DNA from: Candidatus Poribacteria bacterium
Lineage (GTDB): Bacteria; Poribacteria; WGA-4E; PCPOR2b
Assembly (NCBI GenBank): GCA_965116925.1
Contig: OZ220744.1
Span: 3,264,001-3,328,000 of the forward strand
Direction: 5' to 3'
Length of the DNA: 64,000 bases
Below, one piece after another: positions 10,587 through 21,021 of the stretch. Each line of letters opens with the position of its first letter. Within the stretch, counting starts at the first letter, position 1. The notes under the pieces are model-generated. The model worked only from the letters and a program-made list of their open reading frames with translations. It did no database searches and had not been told where the DNA came from. Both the position numbers and the translations under genes were made by a program.

Positions 10587-10607
10587 AAAGAACCTCCTAC
10601 GTAGGTG

Positions 10608-11576
10608 CTACTTAGTTGTCTTAATTTCTCCCCAAAGCGTTGGGGTCCGTCCCTGTGGGGAGACCGGCAGACGCGGATTCCATTCATGTGGCGATTCATG
10701 TGGTGCGAAGTTGTCATGAATATCATCTGTCAACTGATGCTCGTTACCTTTTGGGTGTGGCAGCCGGTAGATATTCCAGTGGTCATCTTCCTTGCCAACA
10801 TAGAGGATAGATTTTCCATCAGGAGAGAAAGCAGAACCGATAACAGGTATAAGCAGTGAAATCGCCAGTTCACCGAATACCTGCTGTATCCACCCCGGCT
10901 CGTTTGGTGCCAGCGTGGCGACCATAAGAAATACATCATCAAAGCGTCCGTCAATAGTCTGTGTATACAGAATTTGCTGTCCATCAGGCGACCATCCGTG
11001 CAGAATCACCATATCTCGACCGCCAACGTCGGTTACCTGCCATTGGTGAGAACCATCGGCATTGACGATATAGATCTGCCGAACCTTATCGTTGCCTGCT
11101 TCAAAGGCAATCCGCGTTCCATTAGGCGACCACTTCGGTTTTGAAGCGACGGGAAAGAATAAATCTGTTATTTGCTGCACATTATTCCCGTCGGTATCCA
11201 TCACGAAAATATCATGCTTTTTACCGCCCTCCCGGTCACTCGCAAAGGCAATTCGCTCTCCATCGGGATGCCAGTCAGGGAAGGCATCATACCCTGGATG
11301 ATGGGTCAGATTGCGTTGGCTGCTGCCATCAGCGTTCATTACATAAATCTCATCATTTCCAGCCCGATCACTATGGAACGCAATCTGTCGTCCATCAGGA
11401 GACCAAGTGGGATAAACATCACTTGCTGGATTGAATGTCAACCGTGTCTGATTGCTGCCATCTAATTTCATCTTATAGATTTCATTGTTCCCATCTCGTG
11501 TGGAATAAAACACTATCTTACCATAGAGAGGACTCGTAGCAAGCCAAAGGCAAGCCACGGCGATAATAATACGCAT
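10608..11576 (-). CDS. Secreted TolB/PD40 beta-propeller protein with WGxIK tail
   Basis: GGAGG before ATG11576, WSPDG repeats, C-terminus LPVSPQGRTPTLWGEIK. Confidence 0.9.
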   Translation of the reverse strand: MRIIIAVACLWLATSPLYGKIVFYSTRDGNNEIYKMKLDGSNQTRLTFNPASDVYPTWSPDGRQIAFHSDRAGNDEIYVMNADGSSQRNLTHHPGYDAFPDWHPDGERIAFASDREGGKKHDIFVMDTDGNNVQQITDLFFPVASKPKWSPNGTRIAFEAGNDKVRQIYIVNADGSHQWQVTDVGGRDMVILHGWSPDGQQILYTQTIDGRFDDVFLMVATLAPNEPGWIQQVFGELAISLLIPVIGSAFSPDGKSILYVGKEDDHWNIYRLPHPKGNEHQLTDDIHDNFAPHESPHEWNPRLPVSPQGRTPTLWGEIKTTK

Positions 11577-11624
11577 AATAAACACCTCCATTTACCCATT
11601 GCTGAACAAAACGCCTAGGCAACA

Positions 11625-11640
11625 TACAAGAACCGTGCCA
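11625..11640 (-). promoter_or_regulatory. Candidate sigma-54 (-24/-12) promoter for the propeller cluster
   Basis: Minus strand reads TGGCACGGTTCTTGTA against consensus TGGCACGN4TTGCW, with one mismatch at the -12 C. Confidence 0.4.
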
Positions 11641-11849
11641 ATCTCCGATACCGTGTCTCTTCGGCTCCACAGCGATATTAACCGTGCAAGTGTCCAATAA
11701 ATGAACAGGGGTGTTCATGAAATGCCCCCTTCTAAATCCGTCCTCAACGAGTTGAGGGATTCAAAGTAGCTTGTGGCCCCCCTATTGGATTTATCCGTGT
11801 TTTCACGTTTCACGCATCACGTTTCGCTCATTACGTTTCACGTTTTAAC

Positions 11850-11917
11850 TTTTTTATGGTATTTTACATAAAAAACATATAAAAACATTTGCAAAACTAT
11901 ATTGCTTGTGGTATCAT
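11850..11917 (+). promoter_or_regulatory. Sigma-70 promoter of the moaA-suf cluster with an upstream operator-like palindrome
   Basis: TTGCAA(11889)-17 bp-TATCAT(11912) with extended TG; TTTTTTATG-N8-CATAAAAAA at 11850-11875. Confidence 0.55.
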
Positions 11918-11959
11918 TAACGCCCGGAATCAAACTTAAACTCAACTAATTAACCCTGT

Positions 11960-12973
11960 GTGCCCACCCACAAAATGACGAACACACGACTTATTGACAG
12001 CTTCAATCGAGAACATACGAACCTACGCATCTCCGTAACCGATCAGTGTAACTTCCGCTGCATCTACTGTATGCCGGAAGATATGCAGTTCATGGAAGAT
12101 GACGCGATCATGACGTTTGACGAAATTGTGCATCTTGCGCGTATCTTCGTCGATCTGGGAATCAATAAGATCCGGCTTACAGGTGGAGAACCGTTAGTTC
12201 GTCGCGGGGTGCCAGAGCTAATCAAGCAGCTTGGAGAAATCAAAGGGTTGAAAGATATCAGCTTAACCACAAACGGCATTGGCTTAATCACGCAGGCGAA
12301 AGACCTCTACGATGCCGGGCTGCGCCGAATCAATGTCAGCCTTGATACACTCGATGAGGCAAAATTTGAGCAGATGACGCGCCGCAAGGTGCTTTCAAAG
12401 GTCTTAGAGGGGCTGCAAGAGGCGCAACGTTGCGGGTTTGATCCAATCAAAGTGAATGCGGTAGCAATGAAGGGCTTTACCGACGATGAGATCGTTGACC
12501 TTGCAAAATTTGCCCGTGACAATGCTTACCAACTCCGGTTCATCGAGTTCATGCCCTTAGATGCGGACGACATCTGGGGACGGAATATGTTCATTCCGGG
12601 CAAAGAAATCATCAATAAAATTGATGCAGTCTATCCCCTAAATCCAGCCAGCATGAACGGCGATGCGAAACATGATCCAGCAAAGCTTTACCAATTTGAT
12701 GACGGTAAGGGGGATGTCGGGTTTATCTCGTCCGTGACCGAACCGTTTTGTGAACAGTGCAATCGGATCCGTCTCACCGCCGACGGTCAGTTGCGGACAT
12801 GTCTATTTTCTATTACAGAAACAGATCTGTTGACCCCACTACGCGCCGGTGCCCCCGACGAAGCTATTGGGGACCTGATTGTTGAATCGGTAAAACAGAA
12901 AGAAGCGGGACACCAGATTAACGCAGTGAACTTTGTCAAACCGAAACGAAACATGTCGATGATTGGCGGTTAG
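11960..12973 (+). CDS. moaA: GTP 3',8-cyclase (Moco biosynthesis radical SAM enzyme)
   Basis: CNFRCIYC, LTGGEPL, FIEFMP, CEQCNRIRLTADG.LRTCL, C-terminal MSMIGG. Start may be ATG11975. Confidence 0.97.
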   Translation: MPTHKMTNTRLIDSFNREHTNLRISVTDQCNFRCIYCMPEDMQFMEDDAIMTFDEIVHLARIFVDLGINKIRLTGGEPLVRRGVPELIKQLGEIKGLKDISLTTNGIGLITQAKDLYDAGLRRINVSLDTLDEAKFEQMTRRKVLSKVLEGLQEAQRCGFDPIKVNAVAMKGFTDDEIVDLAKFARDNAYQLRFIEFMPLDADDIWGRNMFIPGKEIINKIDAVYPLNPASMNGDAKHDPAKLYQFDDGKGDVGFISSVTEPFCEQCNRIRLTADGQLRTCLFSITETDLLTPLRAGAPDEAIGDLIVESVKQKEAGHQINAVNFVKPKRNMSMIGG

Positions 12974-13019
12974 AGGCATTGCGGACTTATAATATACAGA
13001 AGGAGTCGAACAAGAATTA

Positions 13020-13850
13020 ATGAGTACCGAACTAGTTATCAAAGATTTACATGTCAGCGTGGAAGACCAACCGATCATCAAAGGCTTGAACCTAAATGTC
13101 AAACAGGGTGAAATCCACGCACTTATGGGACCGAATGGATCCGGCAAGAGCACCCTTGCCAACGCACTGATGGGGAATCCGTTCTATACGATTGATTCCG
13201 GGGAAGTTACCATTGGCGGAGAGAATATCCTTGAATTGGACCCAAATGAACGCGCAAAGTTAGGGCTTTTCTTGGCGTTTCAATATCCAACTGCAATCCC
13301 CGGCGTCAGCATGGCGAACTTCCTTCGCATGGCGGTGAGTGCCGTGCGGTCTGAAGATTCAAATGGGTCAGATGCAACGGAACTTATCCCGATGCGAGAG
13401 TTTCGCCGTGAGCTGCGTGCAAAGATGAAACAGCTCGGCGTTGATGAATCGTTTGCACGACGCTACCTCAACGACGGGTTCTCCGGGGGCGAGAAGAAAA
13501 GAGCCGAAGTCCTACAACTGGCAATGCTCGAACCCAAGATCGCCATCCTCGACGAAACCGATTCAGGATTGGATATCGACGCAGTCCGGATCGTTGGCGA
13601 AAGCGTCAATCAACTGATTGGTCCAAACCTCGGTGTGCTGATTATTACCCACTACCCGCGCCTGCTCAACTACATCCGTCCGCAGTTCATACACATTCTG
13701 CTAGACGGAAGAGTGGTCGAATCCGGAGGCTGGGAACTCGCTGAGTTGTTAGAGGAGAAGGGGTACGATCCCATTCGTGAGGCACACGGTCTCACAGAGG
13801 CTGTTGTCGAAGCTGAACCTGAAGATACATTGCCCTCTCTAAGAGCATAA
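13020..13850 (+). CDS. sufC: Fe-S assembly ATPase SufC
   Basis: MGPNGSGKSTL, FLAFQYP, GFSGGEKKR, LDETDSGLDID. Confidence 0.97.
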   Translation: MSTELVIKDLHVSVEDQPIIKGLNLNVKQGEIHALMGPNGSGKSTLANALMGNPFYTIDSGEVTIGGENILELDPNERAKLGLFLAFQYPTAIPGVSMANFLRMAVSAVRSEDSNGSDATELIPMREFRRELRAKMKQLGVDESFARRYLNDGFSGGEKKRAEVLQLAMLEPKIAILDETDSGLDIDAVRIVGESVNQLIGPNLGVLIITHYPRLLNYIRPQFIHILLDGRVVESGGWELAELLEEKGYDPIREAHGLTEAVVEAEPEDTLPSLRA

Positions 13851-13856
13851 AAACAA

Positions 13857-13970
13857 GGCTCATGTAAAAAGAAAGCGCAAAATACCGAAAGAAACCGTAG
13901 GCGGGGCATCTTGCCCCGCCCGTCCGTGCCAAAAACTCGGTTTCTGTTACACGATTTCTTAGCATGAACC
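13857..13970. mobile_element. Family F MITE (GGCTCATGT...CATGAACC) carrying a GTAG-REP
   Basis: Imperfect inverted ends; gtaggcggggcatcttgccccgcc sits inside the family F hairpin. Confidence 0.65.
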
Positions 13971-14014
13971 AAAAACAAAACAGATCCACCGAAAGCGGAA
14001 AGGAAATACGAAAA

Positions 14015-15436
14015 ATGGCAGAACAAGAAAAGCCGAACGAAACTGTAGACATCGGCGTAAGCGACGAGTATAAATACGGATTTCACGATGATGTTAAGCC
14101 TGTTTTCAAATCACGAAAGGGTCTTGATACTGAGGTCATCAACGAGATGTGTGATGTCAAAGGCGAACCCGATTGGATGCGTGAATACCGGCTGAAAGCC
14201 TATGAAATCTTCAAGCAGAAGCCCGATCTGAAATGGGGCGGCGACCTCTCTGACCTCGACTACGACGACATCTACTACTACGTCAAAGCCTCCGACCGGG
14301 TCGAGCGGAGTTGGGACGATGTCCCCGACGACATCAAGAAAACCTTTGATCGACTCGGTATCCCGGAAGCGGAACGAAAATTCCTCGCCGGTGTTGGTGC
14401 CCAATACGATTCAGAGGTTGTCTATCACAACATCGAAGAAGAGTTGGAGAAGATTGGCGTTATCTTCGTCGATACCGATACAGCTATCCGTGAATATCCG
14501 GATCTGGTCAAAGAGTATTTCGGCACTGTGATCCCGTCCGCGGATAATAAACTTGCCGCGCTCAACTCGGCGGTCTGGTCGGGTGGCTCTTTCATCTATG
14601 TCCCGCCCGGCGTAAAAGTCGATTATCCGTTGCAGGCGTATTTCCGCATCAACAGCGAAAACATGGGGCAGTTTGAGCGGACGCTGATTATTGCCGACGA
14701 AGGGGCGGAAGTCCATTACGTCGAAGGCTGCACGGCACCCACCTTTTCCAGCGAGTCGTTGCACAGTGCTGTCGTTGAGATTATCTGCAAGAAGGGATCG
14801 CGGGTGCGCTACACCACCATCCAAAACTGGGCGAATAATGTATACAATCTCGTAACCAAGCGAGCGACCGCTTATGAAGATGCTCACATGGAATGGATCG
14901 ACGGTAACCTCGGCTCAAAACTCACGATGAAATACCCAAGCATCTACATGATGGAGCCCGGTGCACACGGAGAAATCCTCTCAATCGCGTTTGCAACCCA
15001 AGGACAACATCAGGACGCCGGCGGTAAAGTCATCCACTGCGCCCCGAACACCAGTTCGCGTATCACCTCCAAGTCGATTAGCAAGGACGGAGGTCGTTCC
15101 AGCTATCGTGGCGAGCTCAAGGTGCTTAACGGTGCGAAGGGGTGTAAGTCCAATGTCGAATGTGATGCCTTAATCCTCGATGAAGACTCTCGATCCGATA
15201 CCTATCCCGTTATCCAGATTGACGCAGACGATGTGAACGTCGGGCACGAAGCACGTGTCAGCAAAATTGGCGAGGAACAGCTCTTCTATCTGATGAGCCG
15301 TGGGCTATCCGAAGAGGAAGCCTCAACCATGATCGTCAACGGATTCATCGAACCGCTCGTAAAGGAACTCCCGATGGAATACGCGGTCGAAATGAACCGC
15401 CTGATCCAACTCCAAATGGAAGGTTCAGTTGGATAG
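14015..15436 (+). CDS. sufB: Fe-S assembly scaffold SufB
   Basis: [53 protein letters not shown] before ATG14015. Confidence 0.97.
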   Translation: MAEQEKPNETVDIGVSDEYKYGFHDDVKPVFKSRKGLDTEVINEMCDVKGEPDWMREYRLKAYEIFKQKPDLKWGGDLSDLDYDDIYYYVKASDRVERSWDDVPDDIKKTFDRLGIPEAERKFLAGVGAQYDSEVVYHNIEEELEKIGVIFVDTDTAIREYPDLVKEYFGTVIPSADNKLAALNSAVWSGGSFIYVPPGVKVDYPLQAYFRINSENMGQFERTLIIADEGAEVHYVEGCTAPTFSSESLHSAVVEIICKKGSRVRYTTIQNWANNVYNLVTKRATAYEDAHMEWIDGNLGSKLTMKYPSIYMMEPGAHGEILSIAFATQGQHQDAGGKVIHCAPNTSSRITSKSISKDGGRSSYRGELKVLNGAKGCKSNVECDALILDEDSRSDTYPVIQIDADDVNVGHEARVSKIGEEQLFYLMSRGLSEEEASTMIVNGFIEPLVKELPMEYAVEMNRLIQLQMEGSVG

Positions 15437-15478
15437 AACGGGACAACCAAAGGGTTCACTCAATTTAGAGGAAATGAC

Positions 15479-15721
15479 GTGGCAACAGTCACCCTTGACG
15501 AAATTCAACGTGATTTCTTGGGTTGTCTTCATCGCGTTCAAGCCGGCGAAACGCTTGTTATTGTGCAAGTTGACAAGCCTATAGCGGCAATCAAACCGAT
15601 TGAGACAAATCAGACGCAAGAACTTCGCCCTTTTGGCTTGTGTGCGGGTGAATTTCGGGTTCCTGATGACTTTGATGATCCGTTGCCAGAAGAGATTATC
15701 AGGCAATTTGAGGGCAAATGA
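15479..15721 (+). CDS. Phd/YefM-type antitoxin (VapB-like)
   Basis: RVQAGETLVI...KPIAAIKP, RPFGLCAGEF.VPDDFDDPLP; ATGA overlap with the PIN gene. Confidence 0.88.
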   Translation: MATVTLDEIQRDFLGCLHRVQAGETLVIVQVDKPIAAIKPIETNQTQELRPFGLCAGEFRVPDDFDDPLPEEIIRQFEGK

Positions 15722-16101
15722 ACCTCTTGCTGGATACACACATTTTCCTTTGGTTTATCAGTGGAGATGCACGTCTATTGGATTCTCTGAGACAAATCAT
15801 TCGCAATCCGGAAAATGATGTCTATCTGAGTGTCGTTTCGATTTGGGAAGTGATAATCAAACACGGATTAGGTAAATTGCCGCTACCTGAACCACCAGAG
15901 ATTTATCTTCCGAAACAACGAAGGCTGCATTTGATTCAGAGTTTGCCGGTAGACGAAGATAGCGTTAGCCAGCTGAGCAAATTGCCGCTACTTCACCGGG
16001 ACCCATTTGATCGGATGTTAATCTCTCAGGCGTTACAGTATAATCTGACAATTGCGACTGTAGACAATGCTATTCGTGCTTATCCGGTTCCGGTTATTTG
16101 A
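15718..16101 (+). CDS. vapC: PIN-domain toxin (VapC family)
   Basis: LLLDTHIFLW, SVVSIWE, HRDPFDRMLISQA. Confidence 0.92.
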   Translation: MNLLLDTHIFLWFISGDARLLDSLRQIIRNPENDVYLSVVSIWEVIIKHGLGKLPLPEPPEIYLPKQRRLHLIQSLPVDEDSVSQLSKLPLLHRDPFDRMLISQALQYNLTIATVDNAIRAYPVPVI

Positions 16102-16139
16102 TATTAATACACTATTGTTAGAGAAAGACGGAGAACGAA

Positions 16140-17537
16140 TTGCCTTCAGAATTAAACCACAATCCCCCTTACGAGGCTCAAGCGGGGGATTTTTCACGAG
16201 AATTTGTAGAGCATATATCCAAAACGCAAGACGAACCCCGTTGGATGCGCGAGCGGCGTTTGGCAGCGTTTGACGTTTACGATCGCCTGCCAATTCCCAA
16301 GACGCCCAATGAGGATACGTGGAAGCGGACGACGGAAATGCACGTACAGGACTATTGGCGTCGCACAGACCTACGTCCCTTCAAGCTAGATCGGTATCAC
16401 CCGATTTCATTTTCGCCTTCCGAATCCGCTGAGGGTGCTCCACTGTCCGATGCGCTAGCGAATCGACTGGCATCTTTGAACGGAGAGCCGGGGCAGATAG
16501 TTCAGCAAGATGGCGTTGTTCGTAATGTCGCGTTGTCGGGAGACCTTGAACGTAAAGGCGTCTACTTCGCGGATATGAACACCGCTTTGAGGGAACGTCC
16601 AGAGTTGGTCGAATCCCATTTTATGACCAAAGCCGTTCCAGTCGATTGGAACAAGTTCGACGCGCTCCACGGCGCATTCTGGCAAGGTGGCTATCTGTTA
16701 CATGTTCCGCGAGGTGTCGTCCTCGAAGTACCATTGCGTGTGTTTGTCGCGCTCTCTGAAGCGGGACGGACAGATCTGTCGCATACCCTGATTGTTGCTG
16801 ATGAGGGTAGCCAAGTCACGGTTTTGGAGGAACATCTTTCGGGGGACACGGATACGCCCGGATTACACTGTGGTGCCGTCGAAATTTTTGTCGCAGACAA
16901 CGCTCACGTAAACTACGTCGGGGTCCAAAGATGGAATCTCCGAACCTGGAATTTTTCGACACAACGGGCGATGATTGGGAGAGACGCTCAGTTGCGTTGG
17001 GTGTCGAGCGCACTGGGAAGTCGTGTGAGCAAACTCAATCAGTTATCAGTTTTGGAGAAGCCGGGAAGTCACTCCGAGATGCTCGGATTGACCTTTACAC
17101 ACGCCCGTCAGCACCTCGATATTCACACATATCAAGACCATCAAGCACCACACACAACAAGCGACCTGCTCTATCGCACCGTCCTCAAGGATCGTTCGCG
17201 GAGTGTGTGGGCGGGTATGATCCATGTCCACCCCGGTGGTCAACATACAGACGCCTATCAGAAAAACGATAACCTGATGCTAAGTGACCATGCCCGCGCA
17301 GACCCCCTGCCCGGACTCGAAATTTTAGCCAGTGAGGGCATCCGTTGTACGCACGGCGCGACTGCGGGGCCCATCGATAAAGATCAGGTGTTTTACCTCA
17401 TGAGTCGTGGCTTATCTCACGACGCAGCAGAACGGTTGATTGTTGACGGCTTTTTTGAACCTGTGATGCAGAGAATTTCGTTAGAATCGGTTCGGACGCA
17501 ACTTCAGCAGTCAATCGATCATAAATTGGCGATGTAA
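16140..17537 (+). CDS. sufD: Fe-S assembly protein SufD
   Basis: SufBD beta-helix; PGLEI...CTHGATAG...FYLMSRG. Confidence 0.92.
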   Translation: MPSELNHNPPYEAQAGDFSREFVEHISKTQDEPRWMRERRLAAFDVYDRLPIPKTPNEDTWKRTTEMHVQDYWRRTDLRPFKLDRYHPISFSPSESAEGAPLSDALANRLASLNGEPGQIVQQDGVVRNVALSGDLERKGVYFADMNTALRERPELVESHFMTKAVPVDWNKFDALHGAFWQGGYLLHVPRGVVLEVPLRVFVALSEAGRTDLSHTLIVADEGSQVTVLEEHLSGDTDTPGLHCGAVEIFVADNAHVNYVGVQRWNLRTWNFSTQRAMIGRDAQLRWVSSALGSRVSKLNQLSVLEKPGSHSEMLGLTFTHARQHLDIHTYQDHQAPHTTSDLLYRTVLKDRSRSVWAGMIHVHPGGQHTDAYQKNDNLMLSDHARADPLPGLEILASEGIRCTHGATAGPIDKDQVFYLMSRGLSHDAAERLIVDGFFEPVMQRISLESVRTQLQQSIDHKLAM

Positions 17538-17631
17538 CCGTGCGAAAACCACAGCGCGTTTACCGTAGTTTTCACGTTTCACGTTTTACGTTTCACTCTC
17601 CACACTTTTCAAAATTGAAAGGAACCTAACA

Positions 17632-18006
17632 ATGAGTCAGCCAACAATTACCGCTTATATGAAACCTGTTTGCGGTTGGAGCAACGGTGTCCGCGCGATC
17701 TTCCAAAAATATGGATTGGAATACGACGATCGCGACATCATTAACAACGCAGATAACTATCGTGAAATGGTCGAGAAAAGTGGTCAGCCACTTCAGCCGA
17801 CAATCGAAATCAACGGCGAGATTATCGCCGATGTCAGCGGCGACGAGGTGGAAGCATACCTTATCGCAAAAGGCTATGTCCAACAGAATGATGCCGATGC
17901 TGGCGTGCCGACAGACGCGGCATGTGAAGATCACGGCGAGACAGTCGATGTCTCATTCTCAGGTGGAAAATTGACCAACTGGGCAAGCAACCTGTTTTCA
18001 AAGTAA
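17632..18006 (+). CDS. Monothiol glutaredoxin-like protein
   Basis: YMKPVCGWS, SGQPLQPTIEING; AAGGA RBS. Confidence 0.8.
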   Translation: MSQPTITAYMKPVCGWSNGVRAIFQKYGLEYDDRDIINNADNYREMVEKSGQPLQPTIEINGEIIADVSGDEVEAYLIAKGYVQQNDADAGVPTDAACEDHGETVDVSFSGGKLTNWASNLFSK

Positions 18007-18018
18007 GTCAACCATACT

Positions 18019-18119
18019 TATAGTGAAGTCTAAAAATAAATAGACACTTTCGCCCCCGGTAGGTGCGGTTTCCAACCGCACCGGTTTGGGGTGTCTCATT
18101 AATTCTAAGGTCCACCATA
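18019..18119. mobile_element. Family A MITE (Correia-like ends, GTAG-REP core)
   Basis: TATAGTG...CACCATA; similar to the copies at 26011, 30734, 32217, 37371 and 51758. Confidence 0.85.
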
Positions 18120-18128
18120 AAACGTGGG

Positions 18129-18215
18129 GCTCATGCAAAAAGACGGTGTAAACCACGAATAGAAACCGAGTTTTTTCTTGAAAACTCGGTTTCTGTTGCA
18201 CTTCTTAACATGAGC
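18129..18215. mobile_element. Family F MITE
   Basis: GCTCATG...CATGAGC inverted ends; internal AGAAACCGAGTTTT/AAAACTCGGTTTCT hairpin. Confidence 0.75.
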
Positions 18216-18453
18216 GAATATCAGGATTCAAGGATATTATCTTTCTTATCCTTGAACCCTTAAATCCCGATAAGGGTTAGTAGGCATAGATAGAATCTTC
18301 ACGGATTTTTCCTTGCTTTCAATCCGTGTGTGCAACTTTTGTCGCACACAACTTTCACCATCAATTACCGATTGCCTTTGTAAACGTTTTCTATTTGTAG
18401 CTGGATAATTTATTGTTCCTTCACAAGCGAACAATAAATGTTAACCTTATAGA

Positions 18454-19638
18454 TTGATCCATTGCAGATTAAAAACAATGCGAACTTTAATGGATTTAAT
18501 CCAATTTATACGTGAGAATCCCCCGCCAGGACAGTCCTGGCGGAAGAAGCGATGGGAAACAGAGTTATCAACAGAAATACCAAATTGGAAAGAGCTCGTA
18601 AAAAAGTCAATCCGGGGCTGGTACAGTATAGACCGGGACTGGGACGATATAGAATACTTCATATCCAGAAAAAAAAGAGGTTTCTCGGCATTGCGTGAAA
18701 CTTTTGTAGAGGCCGGCGGATTAGAATTGGCGAAAAGATGGCTGTGTTCCCAAGCTTCTTATAAATCTTCTTATCTAAAAGAAGCTGCGAAGAAATGGTT
18801 CCTTAGTAATATACACATGTGGAGTAAATTCAATTGGGAAATAAAAAATCAGATAATATTTGATTTTTTTGCCGACGGAAAGTACCTTCCTTTACCCAAA
18901 AAAGTTGAAAGCTTGCGTTCCATTATGGCAGCTGCTGGCGATAAAGTCTATTTGGCGAGACTTGATGAAACGATTTCTCGACGTGTAAAAGCGTATCCAG
19001 TCACTTCATTTCAGCATCCGATATACAGTCCTAAGAACCATGAAGAGAAGTTGATTGCGCGGTTAATGGAAATAACACGCCAAAGCGGGTATTTGCCCTC
19101 CACCTTGCCATCAATTTTTAGGTCTTCCGAGATACCGCCAATTCTTCTTACTCATCCTGAATTGGAAGAGGAGGAAGAACAGAAAAAGCCCAAAATTTCG
19201 ATTGAAAACCTACTTGGGTTCTATGACCACCAACTCCAGCAAATCATTATTTATAAAAAAGGAATCAAGTGGTTGGGAGGAAAGGGTTTTGACGAAGAAT
19301 GGTTGTCTGCTGTTGTCCTGATCCATGAAATTGGACACTGGATTACCCATCAACTTCCCAAACCGGGAGGAGTGCCCACGTGGCCAACAGACTTATACGC
19401 TTCAAGCGAAAGAGATGTTCACGAAGGTTGGGCACAGTTAATCACATGGTGGATTGCTGATCAAGTCGGGGGGGAGTTTAAACATACCTTTGAAGAACTG
19501 AATAAATGTCAACCTCCGCCTTACCAAGTCTTTAAACAGTTTAAAGAGGAGCCGAAAGACAAGGTAATGGCATCCCTTGAAAAATTAAGACGTCTTCAAC
19601 GTTCAGCTTACCTTGAAGATTGGAAAAATGCACTTTAA
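18454..19638 (+). CDS. Hypothetical protein with C-terminal zincin-like HExxH motif
   Basis: LLGFYD...IHEIGHWITH...HEGWAQL; AT-richer than neighbours; start uncertain. Confidence 0.65.
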   Translation: MIHCRLKTMRTLMDLIQFIRENPPPGQSWRKKRWETELSTEIPNWKELVKKSIRGWYSIDRDWDDIEYFISRKKRGFSALRETFVEAGGLELAKRWLCSQASYKSSYLKEAAKKWFLSNIHMWSKFNWEIKNQIIFDFFADGKYLPLPKKVESLRSIMAAAGDKVYLARLDETISRRVKAYPVTSFQHPIYSPKNHEEKLIARLMEITRQSGYLPSTLPSIFRSSEIPPILLTHPELEEEEEQKKPKISIENLLGFYDHQLQQIIIYKKGIKWLGGKGFDEEWLSAVVLIHEIGHWITHQLPKPGGVPTWPTDLYASSERDVHEGWAQLITWWIADQVGGEFKHTFEELNKCQPPPYQVFKQFKEEPKDKVMASLEKLRRLQRSAYLEDWKNAL

Positions 19639-19734
19639 GAATGAAAGCGTTTCTTGGGTTTGAATGTCAAAAACGTCAACAGGTTCATGAGATAAAAAAC
19701 GCTGATAAGTTTTGCGTTTTAATTCACTTAAAAT

Positions 19735-21021
19735 TTGAAACAAATTGGAATCCCAATGTACGATCAACCTATGAATGCTCCTACACTCAATACGTTTGAT
19801 GTCGAAGCTATCCGAAACGATTTTTCCATTCTAAAAGGGGAAAACGATCTACCCCTGATCTATCTGGACAGTGCTGCGACCTCCCAAACACCGGATTGCG
19901 TCATTGAGGCGATGGATGCGTATTACCGGACCTACAACTCAAATATCCATCGGGGCATCTACCGAATCTCTGAGGAAGCGACCGCCAAGTATGAGGAAGC
20001 ACGAAAGCAGATCGGTCGTTTCATCAACGCCCGTCGTTCCAGCCAGATCATCTTTACACGAAACACCACCGAGTCAATCAACCTAGTTGCATATAGTTGG
20101 GGGAGTGCCAATCTCCGAGAGGGCGATGAAATTCTTGTCACGGTCATGGAACACCACAGCAACCTCCTGCCGTGGCAGTTGCTATCCCAACGCACCGGAG
20201 CAAAACTGCGGTTTATTGAAATCACCGACGAAGGAGTATTGCAGCTTGATGATTTGGACGAATTGCTGACAGAGCGCACCAAGATAGTTGCGATGACGCA
20301 TGTTTCCAACGTCCTCGGTACTATCAATCCTGTTCAAGAACTTATAGCCGCTGCCCATGCTGTCGGCGCGAAAGTGCTAATTGATGGCGCACAGAGTGTG
20401 CCGCATTTCGACGTAGATGTGCAGGAGCTAGATTGCGATTTTCTCGCTTTTTCAGGGCATAAAATGTGCGGTCCCACCGGCGTCGGTGTCCTGTACGGCA
20501 AGTCAGACCTCTTAGAGGAGATGCCACCATTTTTGGGCGGCGGTTCGATGATCCGTGCTGTCCAGCGCGAAAGTTCGACCTACGCCGATGTCCCAGCCAA
20601 ATTTGAAGCTGGAACACCAGCCATTTCAGAAGCAATCGGACTTGCCGCTGCTGTAGACTATCTCAGCAAAGTTGGCTTAGAAGCAATCTTCGTGCATGAG
20701 CAAGAGTTACTTGAATATGCACATCAGAAGCTCAGCGAGATCGAGGGCATTACCATTTACGGACCCAAGCCCCGGCAAAAAACAGGAGCAATCACATTTA
20801 ACTTGGAGGGTATCCACCCCCACGACTTAGCAGGCGTCCTAGATACAGTTGGAGTTGCAGTCCGCGCCGGACATCACTGTGCACAACCGCTCATGCAGAA
20901 ATTTGGAGTTATCGCTACAGTCCGCGCAAGTTTCTACCTTTACAACAAACTTGAGGAGATCGATACCCTGCATGAAGGATTGCTGAAAGCCCAACGTATG
21001 CTGACGCGGAGACGAAGATGA
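19735..21021 (+). CDS. sufS: Cysteine desulfurase SufS
   Basis: YLDSAATSQ, EHHSN, FSGHKMCGP, VRAGHHCAQP. Start may be 19756. Confidence 0.97.
   Translation: MKQIGIPMYDQPMNAPTLNTFDVEAIRNDFSILKGENDLPLIYLDSAATSQTPDCVIEAMDAYYRTYNSNIHRGIYRISEEATAKYEEARKQIGRFINARRSSQIIFTRNTTESINLVAYSWGSANLREGDEILVTVMEHHSNLLPWQLLSQRTGAKLRFIEITDEGVLQLDDLDELLTERTKIVAMTHVSNVLGTINPVQELIAAAHAVGAKVLIDGAQSVPHFDVDVQELDCDFLAFSGHKMCGPTGVGVLYGKSDLLEEMPPFLGGGSMIRAVQRESSTYADVPAKFEAGTPAISEAIGLAAAVDYLSKVGLEAIFVHEQELLEYAHQKLSEIEGITIYGPKPRQKTGAITFNLEGIHPHDLAGVLDTVGVAVRAGHHCAQPLMQKFGVIATVRASFYLYNKLEEIDTLHEGLLKAQRMLTRRRR

Noticed and set aside
11720..11960. Moco riboswitch upstream of moaA
   Set aside because: Only one isolated hairpin, lying upstream of the predicted promoter; the leader is too short. 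An Rfam scan would settle it.
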